This document shows, in pieces, positions 47,082-57,800 of a stretch of 64,000 nt of DNA (its first letter is position 1; every line of letters starts with the position of its first letter). Source of the stretch: Mantamonas sphyraenae STR306 (Eukaryota > Protista > CRuMs); contig JAPMXV010000071.1 of assembly GCA_026936335.1 (NCBI GenBank), forward strand, positions 228,756-292,755, in the 5' to 3' direction. Position numbers and translations under genes: made by a program. The notes under the pieces were generated by a model. The model had not been told where the DNA came from, did no database searches, and saw only the letters and a list, made by a program, of their open reading frames with translations.

Positions 47082-49015
47082 ATGAGCGAAGCGCAGAGCC
47101 AAGGCGGAGGGAACGCAAGCCGAGGGCGTAACAACAACACGTCCAAGGGCTACTACAACAACCGACGGTCGAGCAACAGCAGCAACAGCAAGCAACAGCG
47201 GCATAAGCACGGCGGAAGCGGCGGCGGTGGAAGCGGCGGCGGTGGAGGAGGAGGTGGAAGTGCAGGAGGAGGCGGAGGAGGAGGGGGTGGAAAGGGCGGC
47301 GGCGGCAACGGCGGAGGCGGCGGCGGGAAGGGCGGACGTCGACGCTACAGGCGCAACAACCGGTACAACAACAACAAGGGGTACAACAAGAACTACAACA
47401 ACAACATCGACATTGCATCGCTGAAGGAAGAGCACGCCAAGATGAAGGCAGCTCAGAAAGAGAAGGAAGAGGCCGAAAGGCGGGAACGCATTCTGGCTGG
47501 GGAAGAAGTGGAGGAGGAGGAGCAAAAGTCGTCGTCGTCGGCAGGCAACAGCAGCAGCAGCAGCTCGAGCAACTCACAAGAGTAAGTGTAGGGGGGTTGG
47601 AGTGTTGGGGTGGGCATGGAAAGAGCGCGGGGACGGAAAGGCGCGAGAGAGGGCGGGGAGAAAAGAGAGGCAGCGGGAGGGTCGCTGACGTTTGCGGGGC
47701 GGGCCATTTTCGCGTGTGCGGCGAACCGGGTTTATGCGTGCACGGGATGGACACAGGAACTGGAAAGAGCCCGAGAAAGACGAGCGCATCAAGACGGAGG
47801 ACGTGATGTCGAAGCGCAACCACGAGTTTGAGGACTACGCGCTGAAGAAGGAGCTGCTGCGAGGCATCTACGAAAAGGGCTTTGAGCGGCCGTCGCCGAT
47901 CCAGGAAGAAGCGATCCCCATGGCGCTTGTGGGGTCAGACATCCTTGCACGAGCAAAGAACGGCACGGGCAAGACGGCAGCATTTATCATCCCTGTGCTG
48001 CAGATGGTGGATCCGAGTGTGGAGCACGTACAAGGTAAGGAAGTGCGGCATGCGGCGGAAAGGGTGTTGCTGGGCGAGTGAGTGCTGACACGGAGCCACA
48101 GCATTGATTCTGGTGCCCACGCGAGAATTGGCACTTCAAACAGCCCAGGTGTGCAAGGAACTGGGCGCGTACCTGAACCTGGAGGTGATGGTGACGACGG
48201 GAGGAACGTCGTTGAAAGACGACATCTTGCGTCTGTTTGAGACGATCCACATCATTGTGGCGACGCCCGGACGTCTGCTGGACCTGGCAAAGAAGGAGGT
48301 TGCGGAACTGGACAAGTGCGGGATCCTTGTGATGGACGAGGCGGACAAGCTTCTGTCGTACGAGTTTCAGCCGTGCATCGAGGAAATCATCGGGTTCATG
48401 CCGGAAGACAGGCAGATGATGATGTTTAGCGCGACGTACCCGGTGACGGTGAAGGACTTTAAGGACAAGTGGCTGCAGAACCCAAAGAACATCAACCTGA
48501 TGGACGAGCTGACGCTGAAGGGAATCACGCAGTATTATGCGTTTGTGGAGGAGCGTCAAAAGGTGCACTGCCTGAACACGCTGTTTTCGAAACTGCAGAT
48601 CAACCAAAGCATCATTTTCTGCAACAGCGTGAACCGTGTGGAACTGCTGGCGCGGAAGATCACCGAGCTGAAGTATTCGTGCTACTACATCCACGCCAAG
48701 ATGGCACAGGAGGACCGCAACCGAGTGTTCCACGAGTTTCGCCAGGGTGCAGTGAGGCACCTTGTGACGTCGGACCTGTTTACACGTGGTATCGACGTGG
48801 AGGCGGTGAATGTGGTGATCAACTTTGACTTTCCGAAGAACGCAGAAACATACCTGCATCGCATTGGGCGGTCGGGACGCTTCGGACACCTTGGTCTGGC
48901 GATCAACCTGATTACGTACGAGGACCGGTTCAACCTGTACCGCATCGAGACGGAGCTGGCGACGGAGATCAAGCCGATCCCGTCGGAGATCGACAGCTCG
49001 CTGTACGCCATGTAA
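47082..49015 (+). CDS. DDX6: DEAD-box RNA helicase DDX6/Dhh1; exons 47082-47581, 47757-48034, 48102-49015
   Basis: [81 protein letters not shown]; G/N/R-rich N-terminus. Confidence 0.96.
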
Positions 49016-49517
49016 AGGCGGAGGAGTCACGGTGGAGAGGAGCAAGTGTCAAGGACACGGTAGAGAGGAGGAGACGGGTGTGCAAAAGGAAGGGGCAGTC
49101 AAGGAAGCAAGAGATCCTTGCGAGGACAGCAGCGGCGACAAAGACGCGAGTCAGCGGGGAGCATTGTGCATGTGGCGGGACGGGAAATCATCATCATTGA
49201 GAAGGGAAGAGGGGTTGCTTTGGAGGAGAAGGAGGAAGGGGGGTGGTGGAGGAGAGGTGGAACGGCGCGGTCGTTTCAGGCCTTTGCGTTTAGCGAGAGT
49301 AACACGGGACAAGCACACGGGTTGCATCCTTTGGGAGCGGAGTGGGGCGTTGAGCTCACTTTGTTCCTGGGGCAAGGTGCGTGGCTGGGTGTAAAGCGAG
49401 GTGTGGATCTCGGCAAGGAAAGAGAAGCGGGTGGCGGACGTGGGTGAGAGGGCGAGTGATTTTGTTTTTGTGCAATTGTGCAATAGAGAACGTCGTCATC
49501 ATGGTTGGGATGTTGGG

Positions 49518-50201
49518 TTAGGCGTCGAGAAAGCGTGTGGCGTGGGGAAAGACGGAGGAATGGATGAGTTCGGCGAGGTCAAGGGCGTCGTCGTCTCCCT
49601 TGGCGTTGTGGATCCAGGAGAGGAGGGCAGAGGCGGCAAGGGGTGAGGATTGCGATGAGGAGCGTGGGCGTTTGGTGGTGGTTGTGGTGGTGGTTGTGGA
49701 GGAGGAGGAGGAGGAGGAGGAGGTTGACGTTTGCGGGGTGATCACGTCGACGGGCGAGCCGGTGACGCGGACGAGGCCCGAGGATGGAGAGATGGAGACG
49801 TCGACGGTGAGGCGGTCGTTGGTGAAGAACGGGTTGGGGGTGGCAAAGTCAAAGACAAGGGTGTAGCCGGAGGACGGGTCGTCGTTGTCGACGACTCGGA
49901 GATCTTGGAGGTGGTGGAGGATGTCGTGGTCGGTGGAGGTGAGGAGGTCGCTGATGAGCTGGTCATGGGAAAAGGCACGTGCCCAGAAGTGGGGGACACG
50001 TGCAATGAGCTCTGCGCGTTGCTGGAGGAGTTCGTTGCGCTGGGTGGCAAACTGGCGCTGAACCTCGAGGATCTGCGCAGCCTGCTGTGCGTCTAGCTCT
50101 TCTATCTTGGCCTGGATGGCTTTGAGTGCGTCAGCGGAAGATGGAGAGACGGGCGGGGTTGTGCGTGTGCGTTTGGGAGAGGGTTGTTCTTGGGAGGACA
50201 T
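49518..50201 (-). CDS. Nucleosome assembly protein (NAP1/SET-like histone chaperone)
   Basis: LKAIQAKIEEL...QRAELIARVPHFW...DILHHLQDL...FDFATPNPFFTN...DLAELIHSSVFPHATRF. Confidence 0.85.
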   Translation of the reverse strand: MSSQEQPSPKRTRTTPPVSPSSADALKAIQAKIEELDAQQAAQILEVQRQFATQRNELLQQRAELIARVPHFWARAFSHDQLISDLLTSTDHDILHHLQDLRVVDNDDPSSGYTLVFDFATPNPFFTNDRLTVDVSISPSSGLVRVTGSPVDVITPQTSTSSSSSSSSTTTTTTTTKRPRSSSQSSPLAASALLSWIHNAKGDDDALDLAELIHSSVFPHATRFLDA

Positions 50202-50223
50202 GTTGGGTTGGGTTGGATTGGAT

Positions 50224-51073
50224 TCATTCGCGCGTGGATGAGCTACGGGGCGTGTTGTGTGATGTGGTGGGCTGCGGCCACTGGTCACGATAGTAGTCGT
50301 CGTCGTAGGCTTGGGGAGAGGAGGGGGAGGAAGAGGAAGAGGAAGGTGGGGAATCGTCGGCGTAGGGGTCGACAAAGTCATTGTCGACAATGTCAGTGTC
50401 CGGGATAGGGTGGTCGTCGGCATCAGACCATTCGCTGGACGGGTCGGAGGTGGTGGGGTCGTCGTAGGAGGAGGAGAGGCCGCGGTCTTGGCGCAGCTGT
50501 TGGTGGCGTTGGACGACGGCAGGTGGGGTGATGTTGGCCTTTTCCAGTTGAAAACGGGTGAGGGAGCCCAACGGGGTGTCCAGAGTGGCCATGTTCAAGC
50601 CGACATCCTTTGCGGAGCGGGCAGCCGCGACTGTGCCGGCTGGGAGGGGTTGGTGGGGGGTTGGGGGGGGTTGGTGGGGAGGGGGGGAGGGAGGGAAGGG
50701 GTTGGGGAGGATGGGGTGGGGGGTTAGGAGGGGGAGGTGACAGGGGTGGGGGGTGAGGGGTGAGGAGAGGGCGACGGAGGCGGGGAAGCTGGAAGGGTCG
50801 CGCGGACGTACTCACGAGGCCAAGGGCAATTCCGCTGGTGGTGCGGCCTATGGCGCCCATTTTGGTGGCAGAAGTGAGAAGGAGAAAGGTGACAACACTG
50901 CCGCCTGCAAGACCCCAGGTGAAGCTGCTGGAAATCTTGCGGCCGCCTTCTGCACCGAGTTGGCGTTCAATGTCCGAAAACTGGTAGGTGGACATGTACT
51001 GCTGGATCTGCTCGGGGCTCATGGATTCCCACTTGGGGGAAGGCTGGTCCCAGCTGGCTTTGGGGGATGACAT
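50224..51073 (-). CDS. Small two-TM protein (possibly OCIA-like); exons 51073-50812, 50639-50224
   Basis: Phase-1 intron (A|GTACGT...CCCAG|CC) gives ...GIALGLVTGTVAAARSAKDVGLNMATLDTPLG..., followed by an acidic/Ser tail. Confidence 0.6.
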
Positions 51074-51128
51074 TGGAGTTGGGGTTGGTTGGGTGGCGTG
51101 GCGCTGGACAGTATTATACAGCATCAGG

Positions 51129-53351
51129 ATGAAGTCGTTTGCAGTGCGTGCCATGGTCAGCCGAAAGAGGGAGGCGGAGTTTCGCGAGGAGTCATGGGCG
51201 CAACGTGACGATGTGGAAGTGGAACGGGTCGGGAACAGCGTGTGGATGTTGCAGGTGTCTGGCCTGGCGGGAAAAGTGCTGGTCAGTATTTGCACAGTGG
51301 TAGGTCCGCTGAGCTTCCACGCAGGTGCAGTGGTGTTTGCAGATGAAGCCGATGAGGCGGCAGAGGTTTTGGATGCATTTGGACACAATGAGGCGCTGGC
51401 AGAGTTTGTGGTTGTGCATCGGGGAGAGCTGGACGAAGGACTGGAGTCTGTGTGCAAGGCGTACAGGTGTCATGAACTGCAAGGAGGGGTGGAGGCGCTG
51501 GTTGATGCGCTGTTGGTGATGGTGGAGGCAATGATTGAGAGCGAGCGCAAGTCCTTGGCGTGGTGTACGGTGGTGTCGGACGTGGACGGGGCGGTGAAAG
51601 CGCTTGTGGAAGGCGAGTCTGCAGACCAGGTGATTCGGGAAGAAAGGACGCCGCTGGTGCTTGTGTGCGCAGCGTTGGGGGAGGAAGACATGATGCGGGT
51701 GCTGCTGGAGAATGGGGCGCCTGTGAATGTGAGCAAGGCGGATGGGGGGACGCCGCTGATGCTTGCGGCACAAAAGTCGCACACAGGGTGTGTCAAGGTT
51801 CTTCTGGAGCACGGGGCGGCAGTGAACGCCCAGAAAACAACGGGTTGGACGGCGGTGATGTACGCCTCGCAGAACGGGCACGTGGATTGTCTGCGCGTGC
51901 TGTTGGAGCACGGTGGGGACGCAACCGCAACGCTGCCAAACGGATGGGGAGCGGTGTTCAGTGCGGCCAAGTACGGCAACCTGGAGTGTATGGCATTGTT
52001 GGTGGAGCACGGGGCTGAGATCAACGCACACGCAATGGCCATTGGGACGACGCCTTTGTACGTTGCCACGGGGAACGGGCATGCAGAGATGGTGGACTGG
52101 ATGCTGGAGCATGGTGCGGATTCAGGTGCAGTACTGTTGAATGGGAGGCCTGTGGTGTCAACAGCGATTCGCAAGTTCCAAGGGCCAACAGAGAGCAAGT
52201 GGCCGACGTACTCGGTGTTTCTGCGGCGTGGCGTGCTGCAGGTGCTGAACACACTGATGATGGATTCGCGGAGAGAGGTGGAACAGGACATGTGGAATGA
52301 GATGCTGGAGATTCTTCCACATGTGCCGTGGGTGGACCAGGTGACGGTGACGTTTGGGGTGTTTGGTGGCGAGCGGATGATGGCATTGGCACGGGCGCTG
52401 CGCGCAAGCCCGCACGTGGACAAGTTACAGCTGGGATATGGTACACTGACGACAGACGGCGCAGAAGTGCTGTGCGTTCCGAGCCTCATGGCTGTGACAC
52501 TGGTGGACACAGAAGTTGCGGACGCAGCGGCGCTGGGAGAGGCGCTGAAGAGGAGCAACGTGCAGCACTTGTCGCTAGAGCGAGCAGGGGCTGTGGGTGA
52601 AGTGGTGGAGGTGTTGGCAAAGGCGATTCCAGAGTCGAGATTGTGCGCGCTTTGCATCGACGAATGTTTCGTGGGCACGGTGGCGGCGAGGGCAGTGGGA
52701 CGAATGCTGAAGCAACAATCGAGGATGCACACGCTGGAGCTGAGCAACTGCCATCTGGGAGAGGAGGGAGGCAAAGCGGTGGTGAGTGCAGTCGCGGCGA
52801 ACAGGGGGTTGGAGTGGGTAAATTTCGAACCGTGCGAGGGAATCGGGGACGCCGTGGAGGTCAACCGGGGGGTTGTGTGGGCGTGCGGCGAGTATGTGGT
52901 GAGCAATGCGCACAAGGCACAGTCGATGGTGGAGCGTATCAAGGCTGGGAACGTGCGAGGTGTGGAGAGGCTGTTGAAGTGGGGTGTACGACCGAATGTG
53001 GGTGTTGGAGACAAGGGGAACGCGTTGATTGTGGCAGTGGAGCACGAGAGGGATGGGGTGGTGGAGCTGCTGCACGCGTGGGGTGCGGACGCGCACGAGC
53101 GTGTGCAGTCGCGAAGTGCAGCGTCTGTGGCCAAGGGGATGGGCTGGAGGAGGAATTGGCATTGGATGTGGGGCGCAGAGGTGGACGAGGTGGTGGAGGT
53201 GGCGTTGGTGATGAACGAGGAGGAGAGGGAGGTGATGTTTGAGTGTGGCGGGATGGAGGAGTATGTGGAGAGAGGTGGGTGGGATGGATGGGTGACACTG
53301 CCGGATGAGGTGATGGAGAGGGTGTTGCGGTGGGTGGGGACGGGAGGGTGA
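51129..53351 (+). CDS. Ankyrin + RNI-like LRR + ankyrin protein with C-terminal F-box-like motif
   Basis: GGTPLMLAA, GWTAVMYAS, GTTPLYVAT ankyrins; LxLxxxxLGxxG LRRs (MHTLELSNCHLGEEGG); tail WVTLPDEVMERVLRWV. Probable start is MKSF at 51129. Confidence 0.85.
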   Translation: MKSFAVRAMVSRKREAEFREESWAQRDDVEVERVGNSVWMLQVSGLAGKVLVSICTVVGPLSFHAGAVVFADEADEAAEVLDAFGHNEALAEFVVVHRGELDEGLESVCKAYRCHELQGGVEALVDALLVMVEAMIESERKSLAWCTVVSDVDGAVKALVEGESADQVIREERTPLVLVCAALGEEDMMRVLLENGAPVNVSKADGGTPLMLAAQKSHTGCVKVLLEHGAAVNAQKTTGWTAVMYASQNGHVDCLRVLLEHGGDATATLPNGWGAVFSAAKYGNLECMALLVEHGAEINAHAMAIGTTPLYVATGNGHAEMVDWMLEHGADSGAVLLNGRPVVSTAIRKFQGPTESKWPTYSVFLRRGVLQVLNTLMMDSRREVEQDMWNEMLEILPHVPWVDQVTVTFGVFGGERMMALARALRASPHVDKLQLGYGTLTTDGAEVLCVPSLMAVTLVDTEVADAAALGEALKRSNVQHLSLERAGAVGEVVEVLAKAIPESRLCALCIDECFVGTVAARAVGRMLKQQSRMHTLELSNCHLGEEGGKAVVSAVAANRGLEWVNFEPCEGIGDAVEVNRGVVWACGEYVVSNAHKAQSMVERIKAGNVRGVERLLKWGVRPNVGVGDKGNALIVAVEHERDGVVELLHAWGADAHERVQSRSAASVAKGMGWRRNWHWMWGAEVDEVVEVALVMNEEEREVMFECGGMEEYVERGGWDGWVTLPDEVMERVLRWVGTGG

Positions 53352-53428
53352 GGGTGGAAGGGGAGTGGGAGGGCGGGGTGGAGCGCCAACAAAACCACAC
53401 TTTTTTTTGAGGAGGAAGCAAAACCAAA

Positions 53429-54631
53429 ATGCACTCAGCCGCGGTTGCACCATCAGACACACCACGTGCGGTGGACGATTCGGGAGAGAGCGGGTGCATG
53501 AAGTTTATTGAGGGCCAGTATGTGCCGGAAAAGGCAGCACCGAGCGAGGAGGAGCTGGCAAAGCACTGCTGGCCGGCTGGTTGGCTGCATCTGGTGCACT
53601 ACCGCAACAAGCTGTTTGCTGTGACGCTGATGGGCCTTCTGACGTGGGCGTGGTGGTTCCCCGTGATGGAGGCGACGCAGAGCTGGCACCATTTCAACGA
53701 CAAGTACTACATGACGCTGGTGATGATCTTTGGGTCGATGATTGCGGGCGGGACGTCGGAGGGAGGAGCCAGCGTGGCGTTTCCTGTGATGACGCTTGTG
53801 TTTAGCATCGCACCAGCCGTGGCGCGTGACTTTTCACTGATGATCCAGAGCGTGGGGATGACTGCGGCCGCGTTTACGATCCTGTACATGCAGGTGATGG
53901 TGGAGCGGAACGCGATGCTGTGGACAAACTTGGGTGGGGTGATTGGAGTGTGCACAGGGCTGACGTTTGTGGCACCCAACCTGTCGCCGGCTGTAACCAA
54001 GATGGCGTTCGTTTCGGCGTGGTTTACGTTTGCGGTGGCGCTGTTCTACCTGAACCGGATCCGGGACCGGCCGGTGTTTCTGCGCATCCCAAATGTGACT
54101 GCAGGAAACAAGGCGACCCTGTTTGGGGTGGGCATCATCGGCGGCGTGCTGACGTCGATTGCTGGGAGCGGAATCGACATTGCGTCGTTTGCGTGCCTGA
54201 CTCTGGTCTTTCGCATCAGCGAAAAGACAGCTACGCCGACGTCTGTGGTGCTCATGGCGACCAACACAGTGGTCGGGTTCCTGTGGCAACTTCTGGTGAT
54301 GGGTGTGCAGCAGGAATCGTGGGGGTTTTTCCTTGTGTGCGCGCCGGTGGTGTGCTACGGAGCACCGTTGGGAGCGTTTCTGGCGTCTTATATCCATCGA
54401 CTGGTGTACGCTGGGTTTGTGTATGTCACGGACACGGTGCAGTTTGTTGGGGCGCTGATTATCGTGAAGCAGACGGCGACGACGTGGCTGATCACGGCGA
54501 TGACGATTGTGGGTGGGATTGGGTTGTTTTCGTATGCCATTCACTATGGACAGGGGTATTTGGATCGCATGTTGGAGGCGGAGTTGGAGAAGAACCCGGA
54601 GAATGTGGTGGTGGGGGGAGGGAAGGCGTGA
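53429..54631 (+). CDS. TauE/SafE-family (sulfite exporter-like) membrane protein
   Basis: MIFGSMIAGGTSEGGASVAFPVMTL, ARDFSLMIQSVGMTAA, SEKTATPTSVVLMA; multiple TM segments; intronless. Confidence 0.8.
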   Translation: MHSAAVAPSDTPRAVDDSGESGCMKFIEGQYVPEKAAPSEEELAKHCWPAGWLHLVHYRNKLFAVTLMGLLTWAWWFPVMEATQSWHHFNDKYYMTLVMIFGSMIAGGTSEGGASVAFPVMTLVFSIAPAVARDFSLMIQSVGMTAAAFTILYMQVMVERNAMLWTNLGGVIGVCTGLTFVAPNLSPAVTKMAFVSAWFTFAVALFYLNRIRDRPVFLRIPNVTAGNKATLFGVGIIGGVLTSIAGSGIDIASFACLTLVFRISEKTATPTSVVLMATNTVVGFLWQLLVMGVQQESWGFFLVCAPVVCYGAPLGAFLASYIHRLVYAGFVYVTDTVQFVGALIIVKQTATTWLITAMTIVGGIGLFSYAIHYGQGYLDRMLEAELEKNPENVVVGGGKA

Positions 54632-54667
54632 AAGTGGTTTGCGCCGCTGGCGTGAAAGTGGTTTGCG
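54625..54667 (+). repeat. 19-bp direct repeat GGCGTGAAAGTGGTTTGCG (24-bp period) spanning the TauE stop
   Basis: Copies at 54625-54643 and 54649-54667. Confidence 0.85.
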
Positions 54668-54739
54668 TTTGCGCCCGAAAGAAGGCCTAGGAGTTCATTT
54701 GTGCAGTTTTGGTCACCATTGTTTGTCAGGTGGGGGGGG

Positions 54740-54877
54740 GGGGAGAGAGGGGAGGCGATGTTTGAGTGTGGAGGGATGGAGGAGTATGTGGAGAGAGGAC
54801 GGTGGGAAGGGTGGGTGACACTGCCGGATGAGGTGATGGAGAGGGTAATTGAGTGGGTGGGGAGAGGTGCGGAATGA
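54740..54877 (+). pseudogene. Detached 3' fragment of the ankyrin/F-box-like gene family (copy 1)
   Basis: Translates GERGEAMFECGGMEEYVERGRWEGWVTLPDEVMERVIEWVGRGAE*, nearly identical to 53220-53351. Confidence 0.8.
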
Positions 54878-54885
54878 AGGGTGGT

Positions 54886-57800
54886 TCATTCGAGGCGTTG
54901 GCGTTTGGAGGAGGAGGAGGAGGAGGAGGAGGAGGAGGAAGGGTCTTTGCGTTTGGGGAGGGTGAAGAGGGGGATGGGGTAGGCGTTGACGAGTGCGACG
55001 GTGGTGGGGCGGGTGGTGATGTGGGGTGTGATGCGGTCGATGAGGGTGTGGAGGAGGCTGTGCAGTGTGGCGTCGCTGGGTTTGGGTTTGTCAACCCAGG
55101 CGATCTTGAGGGAGAGGGCGGTGACACCGCGAGTGAGGGTGGCGCTGATGGCACCTTGCACCAGCTTGTAGGTGAGATGTGGCCTGAGGAGGCGGACAAA
55201 GAAGGCCAGGTCGACAGGCGGCACGCCAACGTTGCCCAGCGCCAGGATGATGTGTCGCACCAGGGACCTCAGGCTGCCGTTGTTGGTCAGCTCACGCAGT
55301 GCCTGGTGCTCGTGTGTGTGCTGAAGGCGAGGGTGCTTGGCTGCGCGTGCCTTCATGTGTGCCAGCAGCGTCTGGAACTCTCGCGCCGTGCAGCTGCCAC
55401 GCTCGTCGTTGTGCAGGTATGTGCTCCAGCCTCTGCGCACAGACACAGGATGCCACTTCTCCATGTTGGTGGTGGTAAGGTGGTGGTCGTAGTCGCATTG
55501 TGTCCAGTGTGGGTCGCTGTCGTTGTCAGCAGGGCGTCGTGCTTTCTGCAGCCACAGCTGGGTCTGCTGGTGCTCCTTCCAGGTGCTGGGATGGGTCCTG
55601 TTGCCGAGTGTGTCCATCTCTGTCATGAGCATGTGGAGGAGGGCGTAGTTGGGGTCGCCGTGGTCGTGTGGCTCCTCCAGCCAGCACACCTTCAACCCAG
55701 CCTTTGTCACACCCATGGCCAGACCAGCGTGGAGGATGGCAAGGCTGCACGCCTTTTGATCAATGTCACGGCCGAGAAGGGTGAGGCAGAAGGCCATGTC
55801 GCCCTGGGAGAGGGGAATGATGCCCAGAGCGAGCTGAATCTGTCGGATCAGCGCCAACAGGGTGCCATGGCAGACCACAACACGCGCCTGCAGGATCAGC
55901 AGGTCGCGGATGTCGTTCATGGGATGCTCATTGACCAGAGTGTGCATGCGATTCAGCAGTGCCGTGTGCTCCTTCTTGTTTCTGTGGCTGCGCTCGCTCT
56001 TGCGCCAGTGAGTCCAGCCACTGCGCACAACGCCATCTGGCAGTCCATCCTCCACGGCCATCATCTTCTCCTCGTCTGTGGGCTCGGGCAGAACAAGCTC
56101 GGGAATGCGGAGGAAGTTGACGGCGTCGAAGGTGGTTGGACGGTTCGTGATGTGGGGTGTGATGCGGTCGATGAGGGTGTGGAGGAGGGTGTGCAGTGTG
56201 GCGTCGCTGGGTTTGAGGTTATCGAGCCAGGCGATCTTGAGGGAGAGTGAGGTGACACCACGGGTGAGGGATTTGCTGATGGCAGGGGAGAACTGCTGGT
56301 AGGTGAGCTGTGGTCTGAGGAGGCGGACAAAGAAGGCCAGGTCGACAGGCGGCACGCCAACGTTGCCCAGCGCCAGGACGATGTGACGCACCAGGGACAT
56401 CAGGCTGCCGTTGTTGATCAGTTCACGCAGTGCATAGTGCTCGCGTGTGTGCTGATGGCGAGGGTGCTTGGCAGCGCGTGTCTGCATGTGTACCAGCAGC
56501 GTCTGGAACTCCCGCGCCGTGCAGCTGCCACGCTCGTCGCTTGTTGGAGCATAGCTCCAGCCACTGCGCACAGACTCAGATTGCCACTTGTCCACCTTGG
56601 TGGTGGTGAGGTGGTGGTCGTAGTCACATTGTGTCCAGTGTGGGTCGCTGTCGTTGTCAGCAGGGCGTCGTGCTTTCTGCAGCCACAGCTGGGTCTGCTG
56701 GTGCTCCTTCCAGGTGATGGGATGGGGTCTGTCACCGAGTGTGTCCATCTCTGTCATGAGCAGGTGGAGGAGGGCGTAGTTGGGGTCGCCGTGGTCGTGT
56801 GGCTCCTCCAGCCAGCCCACCTTCAACCCAGACTTTGTCACACCCATGGCCAGACCAGCGTGGCGAATGGCAGCGCTGCACGCGTATTGATCCACCTCAC
56901 GGCCGAGAACGGTGAGGCAGAGTGCCATGTCGCCCTGGGAAAGGGGAATGTTACCCAGAGCGAGCTGAATCTGTCGGACAAGCGTGATCAGGGTGCCGTG
57001 GCAGACCAGAACACGCGCCTGCAGGGTCATGAGGTCGGAGATGTCGTCGATGGGATGCTCGTTGGCCAGGCTGTGCATGTGGTTCAGCAGTGCCGTGTGC
57101 TCCTTCTTGTTGCTGTGGCTGCGCTCTTCACTGCGCCAGTTCATCGACCACCCTTTGCGCGCAACATCATCTGGCAACTTGTTCGTCTTGTCCACGCCTG
57201 TGTTCTTCCGTGCGCCGGTGTCTCCGTTCTTGGCCATCCTTGCCCGTGTGCTCGACGTTCCTGTCTCGGTGCCACTGCCAGCCGTGACCCTGAGCCTGCG
57301 CTGTCCGCAGCCCTTCAACTTCTGTGGACCAGTACGGCGGCTGCTGAGGCCTCTGCGTCGTTGTGTGTGGCCTCCTCTTGTGCGTCTTGGCTGCCATTCG
57401 GCCTTGTCCTCCTGTTCCAAGTCGTCTGCGTCGTCGTCGCTGTCGTCTTGCAGCATGTACTCCTCATCCATGGCATCACCAGCGTCTGCATTGCTGAGTG
57501 AGCCCCGAGTTTCCATCTCGTCCTCAACGTGCTGCTGGGGTGCGTCGTCTGCCTCGCCGTCTTCTTCGTACGCCTCCATCCCTGAGCTGGTCATCCACTC
57601 TGAGATGCTGGAGATTGTCCGTGGTTCACGATGGCCAAAGTTCAGGAACATCAGGTCCTCCACGTCGCCGGTGTCATGTGTGTGTGTGTCCTGGTCTGCG
57701 TTGTCGTCGTCGCTGTCTCCAGTCTGCCGTGTGGCCTGTTGGGAGGAGGACGACGATGTGGTGGTGGATGTGGTCCGTGTGATGCCGACAAAGGCAGGGC

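Noticed and set aside
49150-49198. Possible C/D snoRNA on the - strand (TGATGA...CTGA)
   Set aside because: The boxes are only ~40 nt apart with no terminal stem or recognisable guide; more likely DDX6 3' UTR.
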